From Candidatus Iainarchaeum sp. (lineage in GTDB: Archaea; Iainarchaeota; Iainarchaeia; Iainarchaeales; DTGL01): a stretch of 64,000 nucleotides of DNA. The number at the start of each line of letters is the position of its first letter. Positions within the stretch are counted from its first letter, which is position 1. The position numbers were made by a program, and so were the translations under genes. Under the pieces are notes generated by a model. It was not told where the DNA came from. It made no database searches and saw only the letters and a list, made by a program, of their open reading frames with translations. Positions 9,363 through 18,197 of this stretch are shown here, piece by piece. The DNA is taken from positions 4,618-68,617 of the forward strand of contig JAOAJX010000002.1 of assembly GCA_026413945.1 (NCBI GenBank), read 5' to 3'.

Positions 9363-9839
9363 TTATTCCTTTCTTATTATCGGCATACCAGTGCGACGAT
9401 TTTCGTGAATTTTGTAACCAGTTGGCAGTGGCACAGCCCCCTCCGGAGACCTTGAGAAGAAGTAGAAATTTCCCTTGCGCTGCAAATAATATATTTCGCC
9501 TTTAGAGTTTATGTGAACATATGGCTTCTCAGCCTGTGCTGGCTTTTCAACTGCAGCTTTTATCTGCATCAGCTTGTCGTTCGTTGCGTTCTCAACATTT
9601 TTGGGCTCGGTTTCGAAATCTTTTTGTGTTTGTTCCTCAAGAAGCTTCAATGTGAATTTATATGCTTTTACAAGATCAGAAAGAGCAAGCTGCCTTTTAA
9701 TGCTTCTAGATGCTATTTCTTTGAAGTATATGCTCAGTAGTTCACAAGCAACCTTTGAATTGTGTTCTTTGTCTTCATTTGTGTTTGCAACAAAAATACC
9801 CTTTTCGAGCTTCTTTACTTTTACCTGTTTTTTTGCCAT
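9363..9839 (-). CDS. hypothetical two-domain protein
   Basis: Helical N-domain, acidic/Pro linker, compact basic beta-rich C-domain (YVHINSKGEIYYL...FFS...LPTGYKIHENRRTGMPIIRK); SD-like GGTG upstream. Confidence 0.7.
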   Translation of the reverse strand: MAKKQVKVKKLEKGIFVANTNEDKEHNSKVACELLSIYFKEIASRSIKRQLALSDLVKAYKFTLKLLEEQTQKDFETEPKNVENATNDKLMQIKAAVEKPAQAEKPYVHINSKGEIYYLQRKGNFYFFSRSPEGAVPLPTGYKIHENRRTGMPIIRKE

Positions 9840-9912
9840 TTAAACACCAAAAAAATAGTGGTGGCATTTTATTTAAAATTTAACGGTTTACAGTTAATCT
9901 TTTTTATTTTGT

Positions 9913-10716
9913 CTAACCCAGGTTTTCTATACCACAAATTCCTTGTGCGCATTCTGTTATCATATTGTAGAAGCCTTGAATTGATGATCCGCCTTCTTTA
10001 ATATAGAGCCGACCTCCTTTTTCTTCGGCCTTGCAAGAAGCTACCAGTTCAAGCGCTTTCAATAGCGCTGGCCCGGAACAATTCCATATGTACTTTTCAT
10101 TTGAGAGCCTTATGAACCTTTCAAAGTCATCACTTATGCTAATCGCGCCTAATTTTTGTAGGTCTATTTGAAATTTCTTTGATAGCACAAAAAGATGCTT
10201 ACTTCCATTTATGTATAAGAATACACCAGCCCTAAGCTCTCTCTTATCGTTAAGGATTGCATTTCTAATAGCATTTTCTCCAGAAAATGTTGTTACCTTT
10301 ACTCCTTCTATGCACACAACCATAGAGTCCAAGACAGGCATTTTAAATATATTCTCTATTGAGCCACCATCTGTTGCAAAATTGTCCAAAATTATTATGT
10401 TTGGCTTAAATTCAGCTGTAAGTTCTTTGATCTTTGCAACGAACTCAGCATCACAATTTTCCTTAGAACCACCTTTTTTGCTTGTAAAAAGCTTTCTATC
10501 AAATGACCTATAGTATATGTTTTTCATATCGATTGTTTTTATGCCTGTGGCGCGCACGTTATCTGTAGCAGAGCCAACTATAGAAAATAATCCTTTCATT
10601 GCAGAATTTTTCTCTATCTCTGATATTACATACAATGATGACGATAAACTATTGCTGAAAAGCAAAAGCACCCTTGCTTGACCTGATGGCAATGCAACTC
10701 TTGGCTTGAAGAACAT
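9913..10716 (-). CDS. PurN/formyltransferase-fold protein, catalytically degenerate
   Basis: VLLLFS, SATDN..A.GI, FKPNIIIL, FSGENAIRNAI and WNCSGPALLKALELV align by eye to archaeal GAR transformylase-like proteins; NxH and DxGP motifs are absent. Confidence 0.65.
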   Translation of the reverse strand: MFFKPRVALPSGQARVLLLFSNSLSSSLYVISEIEKNSAMKGLFSIVGSATDNVRATGIKTIDMKNIYYRSFDRKLFTSKKGGSKENCDAEFVAKIKELTAEFKPNIIILDNFATDGGSIENIFKMPVLDSMVVCIEGVKVTTFSGENAIRNAILNDKRELRAGVFLYINGSKHLFVLSKKFQIDLQKLGAISISDDFERFIRLSNEKYIWNCSGPALLKALELVASCKAEEKGGRLYIKEGGSSIQGFYNMITECAQGICGIENLG

Positions 10717-10769
10717 ACGCAAATAATATGCACTACGGATATAAAAATTTTTTGTCTCAAGCAATTTCT

Positions 10770-11411
10770 ATGCTAAAAAATTTTTTTTCAAAGCCATTTT
10801 TTGAGATTTGGCTTGAGCAAGCCGATGGCGAAATTAAAGATTGGTTTCAAAAAGAAATTTGCTATCTGGAAGAGAATATAAAACCAAAAGCAAAAATTTT
10901 GGATGTTGGTTGTGGTTTTGGGAGACATATTGAAATATTGGCTAATTCCTCAAAAGAAGTCATTGGCGTTGACATCAACCCAGCTATGATCCAAAGAGCG
11001 AAAAAAACTATCGGCATCCAAAAACGTAAAGCTACTTGTAATGGATGCAAAGAAGCTGGATTTTAAGAATGACTATTTCGATTATGTGATTTGCATGGGT
11101 AATACTTTTGGTGTTTTTCCAAAAATAAAAAAGCGTGTTTTAAAAGAAATGGTTCGGGTATGTAAAAAAGCGGCAAAGTAATAATATCCGTTTATAATGA
11201 CAAGTCATTAGAGGTTAGGAAGAGATCTTACAAAAGAGTTGGCTTACATATAAATCGGATTAGAAAAGGTATTGTTTATACTAAAGAGGGTCTGATTTCT
11301 GAACATTTCTCAAAATTGCAGCTTAAAAGATTGTTTGACACACTAAAATTGAATAGCAAAATTATAGAGCTAAATGAAATTAGCTTCCTATGTGAATTAC
11401 AAAAGCGGTGA
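10770..11411 (+). pseudogene. class I SAM-dependent methyltransferase disrupted by two compensating frameshifts
   Basis: ILDVGCGFGRH, then one extra base at the A7 run (11001-11007), then KLLVMDAKKLDFKNDYFDYVICMGNTFG, then one missing base near 11170, then GKVIISVY... to TGA 11411 back in the original frame. Confidence 0.85.
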
Positions 11412-11490
11412 TTCAAAAATCACAAAAAACAAGAAATGATCGCATAGATAACATTTAAATACGCAAAAAACAAACTAAATATGAGCAGCC

Positions 11491-12135
11491 ATGGTGGAAA
11501 TGTTTTTTTTGAATAGTAAATTCTTATTAGCCATGTTTCTTCTTATTATTCTTTCTCTTTTTTCATTTGCTCTTTTTTGGCCTAAGTCTTTTTCATACAC
11601 CGACTGCGGTAATTGTGAGATGCTTGGAGTAAAGAAAAATATAGAGAGAATTGTTTCAATCCGCAAAAATTTTTTTGGCTACGAAATCAAAGTTATTGCA
11701 AACACTTGTTGTGGAATCAAGTTGGCACCTAAAACCCAGATCTCTAAGGGCATAATAAGACTCCATTTAAATGCACTTGGCAGTAACTGTCCTATGGGTT
11801 GTTTATGTGACAAAGAATTAAAAATCAACATTCCATCCAGCCAAGAGCTTAAGGTTATTGAGTTTTACATTGATGACATCCTTATAGACAAAAGAAGCGT
11901 TTACGGTGATAAACTGAGCAATGGAGAGGAGTTTTGCGAGCAAATTCCTAGTTACAAGGAAAGGTGCTATACTCGTGTGGCTTTCATAAAAAAAGATTTA
12001 AACTTATGCAACATCAGTGGTAATAAAGAGTGCTTTCTGGAGCTTCAAGAATACTTGCTTTTAAGCTGCCTTTCACAAAAAATAAAGAGTTGTAAAGAAA
12101 TATTCTCAGAAAATTATAAGCAAGAGACAATATAG
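11491..12135 (+). CDS. Cys-rich exported/membrane-anchored hypothetical protein
   Basis: N-terminal TM segment; many Cys; C..I......CY..VA motif. Confidence 0.65.
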   Translation: MVEMFFLNSKFLLAMFLLIILSLFSFALFWPKSFSYTDCGNCEMLGVKKNIERIVSIRKNFFGYEIKVIANTCCGIKLAPKTQISKGIIRLHLNALGSNCPMGCLCDKELKINIPSSQELKVIEFYIDDILIDKRSVYGDKLSNGEEFCEQIPSYKERCYTRVAFIKKDLNLCNISGNKECFLELQEYLLLSCLSQKIKSCKEIFSENYKQETI

Positions 12136-12150
12136 CAATTATAAATGCAA

Positions 12151-12351
12151 CTATTTCAAAGCAAGCCTTATATCCTCAGCAGTTATTGTCTTTCTTTTTG
12201 CATGCTCTGCCAATACTTTTGCCTTTAATGAGATTCTTATGCCTTCTTCTTCAAGTATTTTTGCAAGTTCTACTGCTGCGGAGTTGCTTACTCTAAGACC
12301 ACTTCCTTTTCTAATTATTCTATCAACCGCCGCTACTGGAAGTTCAGTCAT
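12151..12351 (-). CDS. archaeal histone (HMfA/B type)
   Basis: ELPVAAVDRIIRK...RVS...AEHAKRKTITAEDIRLA; SD GGTGA-TATT-ATG. Confidence 0.96.
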   Translation of the reverse strand: MTELPVAAVDRIIRKGSGLRVSNSAAVELAKILEEEGIRISLKAKVLAEHAKRKTITAEDIRLALK

Positions 12352-12482
12352 AATATCACCAATAAAAGTAAAGTATTAAAGAATTTAAAGCTTTCTTTTG
12401 CCTTTCTTTTGTTCTTTAATATTTATAAACTGAAAAAAAACTCAGAAATACGTATTTTTTGCTGTTTAAAGCTTTTTGGGCC

Positions 12483-13937
12483 TTAATATCCCTTTCCAAC
12501 AAGCAAGATTTTTTCTGTTGGCTTTGTACAGATACAGCAAGAAGAGTTTTTGTGCTCATGCAAAATGCTGCCAGCTGCGTCCAAACCTTCGTCCATTGAA
12601 ACTATTTTTTCATAGCATTGAATATTTTCACACCATGGTACTTTAGCAGCACCGCCCTTTTTTATCCATTTAAGCGCATCGACTATGTTTTCAAAATACT
12701 TTATTTTTTCTTCAGCAAGTCTTTTTGTTTTTTCGTAGAGTTCTTTTGGAATCTCTTCATCAAGAAGTTTTTTCACGAATTTGCATAGTTGTGCTTTTTC
12801 AACTAAAATCCTCTCTTTTGTATCTCTCCTGAAAACAGTGAACTTACCGCAATTGAGTTCTTTTTCTCCAATTTCTATACGCAGGGGCACACCTTTTATA
12901 TCCCACACGTAGAATTTTTCTCCAGCACTCTTGTCTTTTCTCGCGTCAACATTTGCAACAACCCCATTTCTTTTAAGCTCATCAGCAACCTCATTTGCAA
13001 TTTTTTCTATTTCCGTGGAGTTTTTCTTAAATATTGGTATTATTATAACTTGGATTGGTGCTAGTGCTGGTGGCAACACAAGACCTCTTTCATCACCGTG
13101 CAAAGCGATTGTTGATACTAAATAACGAGCGCCGTTGCCAGTACATATTTGCCAACAATATTGTTTTTTCCCATTGGCATCTTCAAACACAAGACCAAAT
13201 TTTTTCGCATACGCTTGTCCAAGGTTGTTAACTGAGCCGTTCTCAAGTAAGCGACCATCCGGCAAAAGAACGTAAAATTCTATTGCTGATTCTGCTCCTG
13301 GGAAAAGCTCATACTTGGGCTTTTCAATCTTTATTGTGTAGCAGCACAACAGCTTCCAAATGTTTTCATTTATTTTTATGTGCTTTTGCATTTCTTCATA
13401 TGCTTCTTCCCTTGTCTTGTGCGCAGTGTGTATCTCATACCAATAAGTTATCTCACGGTCTCTTATCATTGCATGTGTTTTTTTGCCCTCTAGCCTAAAT
13501 GAAGATACAGTTTCATAGATCTTTATAGGAAGCTTGCCGTCTCTAATCCAAAGCTTGAACATAGGGTACATTGCAGGCTCTCCAGTTGGCCTTATAATAA
13601 GTTTTTCTTGTGCATTATCACCCAGAAATGGAACAGCAGCATATAGATTTTTCTTGAAGCCCTCAAACCAAGAGTCATTCTGTTCGGCATATTTGAGCGG
13701 CACAAAAAGCGGAAAGTATGTTTCCTCAATTCCAGCTTCTTCAAAGAGTCTATCCCAAGTACGGACAAGTTTTTTCATTATCTTGAGGCCATATGGCATC
13801 CATACAAAAGTGCCTTTTACACCATAGCGCCTATCTATTACCTCTGCTAGCTCAATGACTTTATTGTACCAATCAATGAAATTTTTCCTGGACGGCAATC
13901 TTTCAGGCAAAATTTCTTTTTTTTCCTTATCTTTCAT
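12483..13937 (-). CDS. proS: proline--tRNA ligase (archaeal type)
   Basis: YGVKGTFVWMPYG, IIRPTGE, HGDERGLVLPP, IQVIIIPI anticodon domain. Confidence 0.93.
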   Translation of the reverse strand: MKDKEKKEILPERLPSRKNFIDWYNKVIELAEVIDRRYGVKGTFVWMPYGLKIMKKLVRTWDRLFEEAGIEETYFPLFVPLKYAEQNDSWFEGFKKNLYAAVPFLGDNAQEKLIIRPTGEPAMYPMFKLWIRDGKLPIKIYETVSSFRLEGKKTHAMIRDREITYWYEIHTAHKTREEAYEEMQKHIKINENIWKLLCCYTIKIEKPKYELFPGAESAIEFYVLLPDGRLLENGSVNNLGQAYAKKFGLVFEDANGKKQYCWQICTGNGARYLVSTIALHGDERGLVLPPALAPIQVIIIPIFKKNSTEIEKIANEVADELKRNGVVANVDARKDKSAGEKFYVWDIKGVPLRIEIGEKELNCGKFTVFRRDTKERILVEKAQLCKFVKKLLDEEIPKELYEKTKRLAEEKIKYFENIVDALKWIKKGGAAKVPWCENIQCYEKIVSMDEGLDAAGSILHEHKNSSCCICTKPTEKILLVGKGY

Positions 13938-13941
13938 AAAA

Positions 13942-15072
13942 CTACTTCCTTGTGAGCCACTCTACCTCTTGAAGCATTTTTGATTGCCTAGGTTTTTTAA
14001 AGTGCTTTCTTGCAGGCTCAAGTATCTCAATTATTTTCTCAGCAACCGCGTTTTTTAGGTCAAGTGGATGCAATTTTTTTTCCAAGAAATCTTTCTCGAG
14101 TAAATCATAGGATTTATAAGTTACATTGCCACCAAATTTAGCGGGCCTCTTAATAATTAGCTCTGCATTTTGCTTTGCAAATATTATATTTTTTGCCCAA
14201 TTGAGTATTGGGTTGTAGCAAACTTCGCCTGCACAGCAGAATGCATTTGAAAGCTTCCTGCGTATTTCTTCTTCAGTATCGTGTATGAAAATACAACTGT
14301 CCGGCTGTGATTTACTCATTTTTAGTTCTGAAAGCATTTCTTTTGCTTTCTCTCTAGGAATCGGCCAAATAGGCGGCTTACAAAGCCCGGCCAATAGAGG
14401 CGTGTGTATTGCAACAGGCTTTATCTTATTGCCATTATTATCAAGCAAAGGCCTGATCTTAAGCTTTAGGGCTACCTCTCTTGCAATCACATGTGCCTTT
14501 CTTTGGTCTATTCCTGCATGAGCTATGTTAATTCCCTGGAAATATATGTCCGCAACCTGCATTGGTGGATATATTAGCTTTGCGAAATCAATCGCTGAAC
14601 CTTCTTTTCTACCCATTATCGTTATGCTTCTCATTATTCGCGCAAGCGTACAGTTTTTGCTAACATCAACTACTGTTGCCCAATATTCATCATTTTCTTT
14701 GTAGAGGTCTGATGCAAGTACAAATTTTACTTTTTTTGGGTCTCCGCCATTGCACTTTATGCCTGCAATTAAACTCTCTTTAAAGTAGCCCTTAGCAACC
14801 TTTATTATTGTTTCCCTATCACCGCCAAGCTTGTCATTTATCCATGTGTGCCAGTCAGCAAGAAAAATAGAAACATCAACATTGGCTTTAATAAGATCTA
14901 CAACCTTTGACATTGTTAATAGACCAGTACCAAGGTGTACCCTGCCAGAGATTTCAAAGCCAATGTAGTGCTTAAGTTTCAAACCAGCCTCAATATATTG
15001 TCTAAGATCTTCGGCAGTTAGAACCTCTTCAGTGTTCCTTGTTATTAGTTCAAAAACTCTTTCTGAATCCAT
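13942..15072 (-). CDS. tyrS: tyrosine--tRNA ligase
   Basis: YIGFEISGRVHLG (HIGH-like), YPPMQVADI, GIDQRKAH, KMSKS. Confidence 0.95.
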   Translation of the reverse strand: MDSERVFELITRNTEEVLTAEDLRQYIEAGLKLKHYIGFEISGRVHLGTGLLTMSKVVDLIKANVDVSIFLADWHTWINDKLGGDRETIIKVAKGYFKESLIAGIKCNGGDPKKVKFVLASDLYKENDEYWATVVDVSKNCTLARIMRSITIMGRKEGSAIDFAKLIYPPMQVADIYFQGINIAHAGIDQRKAHVIAREVALKLKIRPLLDNNGNKIKPVAIHTPLLAGLCKPPIWPIPREKAKEMLSELKMSKSQPDSCIFIHDTEEEIRRKLSNAFCCAGEVCYNPILNWAKNIIFAKQNAELIIKRPAKFGGNVTYKSYDLLEKDFLEKKLHPLDLKNAVAEKIIEILEPARKHFKKPRQSKMLQEVEWLTRK

Positions 15073-15082
15073 CTAAATCCTC

Positions 15083-15679
15083 TTAATTGCTTATTTTAAA
15101 AAACCTCCTAATTGCGGTAGCAGCAATCTCAAAAACATCATCAGCATCAAGATTATCTGTTTTTATTACAAGGTCAAACGGAGACCTATCGCTAATAATA
15201 TCTACATTGTAAAGCTTTTTGTATATTTTGGCATCAGTTTTTAAGCGCTTTTCCATCGCTTTGGCAACCTCGCAAATTTTTTTCCGATCGCGCTTAGCTA
15301 TTCTTTTTGCTCTCACATTTGGACTAGCGTCAACCCAAATTCTAAATGCATCTTTGCCTTTGTAAAGCCATGCCATCATCCGGCTATCAAAAATAGCCCT
15401 ATTCTCTTTTTCTGCTATACTCAAAAGCCTCTTATCGAGCTCGATGTCATAATAAAAATTCTTTTGCCTTTCCTTAACAAGCTTCTTTCCTGCATCAGAT
15501 TCCCAAAATCCTGTGCCTTTAGATGCTTTTTCAATATCAATATTTGCTTCTTCCTTAATTTGTTTCATTATTCCAGATGCAAAAATCCTTTTAAGCTTAA
15601 ATTCTTCTGCTAGGCGCTCGGTTAATGTGCTTTTTCCCGAACCAGGAGTTCCAGAAATCAATATAAAGAGCTTTTTCAT
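15083..15679 (-). CDS. cmk: cytidylate kinase (archaeal type)
   Basis: ISGTPGSGKST, DSR, RAKRIAKRD, YKKLYNVDI. Confidence 0.88.
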   Translation of the reverse strand: MKKLFILISGTPGSGKSTLTERLAEEFKLKRIFASGIMKQIKEEANIDIEKASKGTGFWESDAGKKLVKERQKNFYYDIELDKRLLSIAEKENRAIFDSRMMAWLYKGKDAFRIWVDASPNVRAKRIAKRDRKKICEVAKAMEKRLKTDAKIYKKLYNVDIISDRSPFDLVIKTDNLDADDVFEIAATAIRRFFKISN

Positions 15680-15867
15680 AAAAACACCTTTGAGCTCAAT
15701 TTATAAATTTTGAACAGCAACAAATAAATAATTATATCAGCATGCGTTATTTTGAAAATGTTGCTATTAGAGGTAAATAGTTTTTTTATCTAAAAAAAGC
15801 CCCTGAGCAAAGTTAGTTTTGCAAAACTACATGTTTTATATATAAGGTTTGCTAATATAATATTATT

Positions 15868-15949
15868 GGGTGGTGGGAAGCAATCCGACTTCTTTCCCAA
15901 AGGAGGAGGCAAAAGGCAAAGGAGGGGCTCTGCTCCTCCTCTAATTTTT
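15868..15949 (+). ncRNA. candidate structured small RNA
   Basis: GC-rich intergenic island with two hairpins; TTTTATATATAA box at 15834-15845; T-tract at the 3' end. Family not recognised. Confidence 0.4.
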
Positions 15950-15977
15950 ACGCAAGTTCCCAGAGAAGTGTGAGGTA

Positions 15978-16328
15978 TTAATTCCAAGATAGAATATCTC
16001 CAATATCTGCAGCATCAATTTTCTCTGCTGGCAGTTCAACTATATATTTGCTGGGTTTTTTTGGAGTGTAATTTAATGCAAAGGGTTTCATTAGTTTTTT
16101 ATCAACAACTTTCTTGCGGCTATCGAGAAAAAAAACTGCAATCGGAAAAAATACAAACAGCATGTGTATGCTTGCTTTAATCCGCGATTCTTCGTCTAAG
16201 CATAGCACGAGAGCATAATCAAATTTTTTTTTGTGCTCAAACATCAAGCCGCGCATTTTTGAAAAGTAGTTATCTGCGATACGCACTTTTCCTGCTATGT
16301 TGTTTTTTTTGCTTGTATTTTTGAGCAT
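15978..16328 (-). CDS. DUF192 family protein
   Basis: ADNYFSKMRGLMF, IHMLFVFFPI.V.FLD, YIVELP. Confidence 0.85.
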   Translation of the reverse strand: MLKNTSKKNNIAGKVRIADNYFSKMRGLMFEHKKKFDYALVLCLDEESRIKASIHMLFVFFPIAVFFLDSRKKVVDKKLMKPFALNYTPKKPSKYIVELPAEKIDAADIGDILSWN

Positions 16329-16337
16329 TAAATCAGC

Positions 16338-16571
16338 CTATTTTCCTTTGAGTATCTTAAGCGGAGGCACATCTATAAGTTCTAAAAAGGGCTCATTCTT
16401 TTTTGAAAAGAAAGACTGCCTTTCAACTCTTGCGTTTTCTCTTGCCTTATTTATGATTTCCATTTCTTTCTGCAGGTTGTCTAAAAGACCTTTTAACTCA
16501 TCATGTTTTTCTTCAATCCTCTTTATTACTTTTTCCTGCTGTTTTTTTGGCAATAGTAACTCTTCTGGCAT
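16338..16571 (-). CDS. small coiled-coil hypothetical protein
   Basis: 77-aa ORF co-oriented with neighbours; heptad-like helix. Confidence 0.55.
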   Translation of the reverse strand: MPEELLLPKKQQEKVIKRIEEKHDELKGLLDNLQKEMEIINKARENARVERQSFFSKKNEPFLELIDVPPLKILKGK

Positions 16572-16916
16572 GTAATAGAGTAGAATTAAACCAGTATTTA
16601 AAGATTTGCTTGGCTAGTTATGATAGGCCATCTTTCTGGTTCGGCTCAAATGAAGTAACAAAAACGAAGTAACAAGTTTGCGCTTGTTTTAATTACTCCA
16701 CATTGCTTTCCGATACTTTGTGCTGAGTAAATTTTTAGGTATTTTGTTCATATTACCTTTGTAAGCAGAAACTACTATATAAACTTTGTTGGACTGAGCT
16801 AATGGCAAATAAGCCTAAACGTAACTGAAAATTCTACAAAATAATATTTTAAAAACAATCTTTGGAAGATTCTAATATAACTAGGCAGCTACCCTTGTTG
16901 CAAGTGGGAGATTTTG

Positions 16917-17612
16917 ATGCTAAAGTCCATCGCTTTTATCCCAGATGGTAATCGCCGTTTTGCCAAAGAAAGCGGCATGTCATTGGCAAAAGCCTATAGT
17001 TTGGGCGTTAAAAAAGCTTGGCAAACTTTGGAGTGGCTTGAAGAATATCCATCCATAAGAGTTGGAAGTTTTTATGCTCTTTCTCTGAAAAATTTGGAGA
17101 GAAGCAAGAGGGAATTAAATCTATTATTTAAAATATTTGACAAGGAATTCTTGTCCATAAAGAAAAAAAATTATCTTAGAGATAAAGGGATTAGAGTAAA
17201 GTTTATAGGTAGGTTGGATCTTTTGGGTAAACACATTAGGAAACATATATTAGATATTGAAAGTAAAACTGCAGACTTAAACAATAAGCTAATAAACATA
17301 GCTATAGGCTATGATGGGCGGCGCGAAATTGTTGATGCTGCTGTAAATATTGCTAGAGAAGTTAGCGAAGGTAAGCTTAGGGCAAACGAAGTAGATGAAA
17401 AAGTATTCTCAAACTATCTTTATGGAAATTTTCAAGAACCCGACTTAATAATAAGGACGAGTGGTGAACAAAGATTGAGCGGCTTTTTGACATATCTTTC
17501 TGCATACTCTGAGCTATACTTTTGTCAAAAATATTGGCCTGAGTTTGAAAAGAGAGACCTTGATGAAGCAATAGCTGAGTATTCTAGGAGAGAAAGGCGG
17601 TTTGGGAAATAA
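16917..17612 (+). CDS. uppS: cis-prenyltransferase (undecaprenyl diphosphate synthase)
   Basis: IPDGNRRFA, YALSLKNLER, GYDGRREI, DLIIRTSGEQRLSGFL. Confidence 0.93.
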   Translation: MLKSIAFIPDGNRRFAKESGMSLAKAYSLGVKKAWQTLEWLEEYPSIRVGSFYALSLKNLERSKRELNLLFKIFDKEFLSIKKKNYLRDKGIRVKFIGRLDLLGKHIRKHILDIESKTADLNNKLINIAIGYDGRREIVDAAVNIAREVSEGKLRANEVDEKVFSNYLYGNFQEPDLIIRTSGEQRLSGFLTYLSAYSELYFCQKYWPEFEKRDLDEAIAEYSRRERRFGK

Positions 17613-17671
17613 ATTGTGTAGCAATTTTTAAAATTTGTGCAATACTAATAATATTGACTACAATTTCTTTT

Positions 17672-17744
17672 AGCCCCGTGGTGTAGCGGCCAAGCATCCT
17701 GGCCTTTGGAGCCAGGGACGGGAGTTCAAATCTCTCCGGGGCTA
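17672..17744 (+). tRNA. tRNA-Gln(TTG)
   Basis: AGCCCCG acceptor; anticodon arm CTGGC-CTTTGGA-GCCAG; GTTCAAAT T-loop. Confidence 0.96.
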
Positions 17745-18193
17745 ATTTTTTTATTTAGGATTTTTTTTGCAAAGTCCTCGGCTTTAGCCAAATCATCTTT
17801 GTTTGGCCGCCCTTTATTGAGTCCACCGAAGAGCTTAAATATTGCAAAAGTATCATAACCCGGACATGCAAATTCTCCAATTACTTTGTTTCCCTTTGAT
17901 TCTAGCGTTTTTTTCAGTGTCTTGTGATATTTAGCATTTCCACTGCCAGATGTTGAAAAAATAAAAAAGCTAGATTTTAGCTTTGGAATCTTGCATGCAA
18001 GCTCCAAAATCTCCTTATCATGCTTAAAAGCATAAATGCCGGAGCCAAGACCTATGAAATCATATTCTTCAAGTTTCTTTGTTTTAACATCTTTTGGCTC
18101 GAAAATATCTGCTTTTAGAATTTTTGCCATCGCTTTAGCTATTTTTTTCGTGTTGCCATGGTGCTTTGAAACGCATATTATGGCTGTTTTCAT
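17726..18193 (-). CDS. flavodoxin family protein
   Basis: SKHHGNTKKIA, GLGSGIY, FSTSG, GEFACPG, NKGRP. Confidence 0.9.
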   Translation of the reverse strand: MKTAIICVSKHHGNTKKIAKAMAKILKADIFEPKDVKTKKLEEYDFIGLGSGIYAFKHDKEILELACKIPKLKSSFFIFSTSGSGNAKYHKTLKKTLESKGNKVIGEFACPGYDTFAIFKLFGGLNKGRPNKDDLAKAEDFAKKILNKKISPGEI

Positions 18194-18197
18194 AACA

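Noticed and set aside
11001-11181. Programmed ribosomal frameshifting in the methyltransferase
   Set aside because: Needs two opposite shifts; the A-run is not an in-frame A_AAA_AAG and no stimulator was seen.
15790-15987. 65-aa ORF over the GC-rich island
   Set aside because: No SD or protein-like features; composition is better explained by RNA structure.
15868-15990. RNase P or SRP RNA (minus strand has AAAGAAGTCGGATTG, loosely like RNase P CR-V)
   Set aside because: No GAGGAAxxUC CR-I, too short, and no SRP helix-8 motif. Kept only as an unknown sRNA.
16652-16675. Direct repeat GAAGTAACAA x2
   Set aside because: Only two short copies with no supporting context.
16689-16751. 20-codon ORF MNKIPKNLLSTKYRKAMWSN
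   Set aside because: Only a weak SD with wrong spacing; expected by chance.
9273-17744. Element bounded by the two near-identical tRNA-Gln genes
   Set aside because: Both are complete isoacceptors and the interval holds core genes (histone, proS, tyrS, cmk, uppS).
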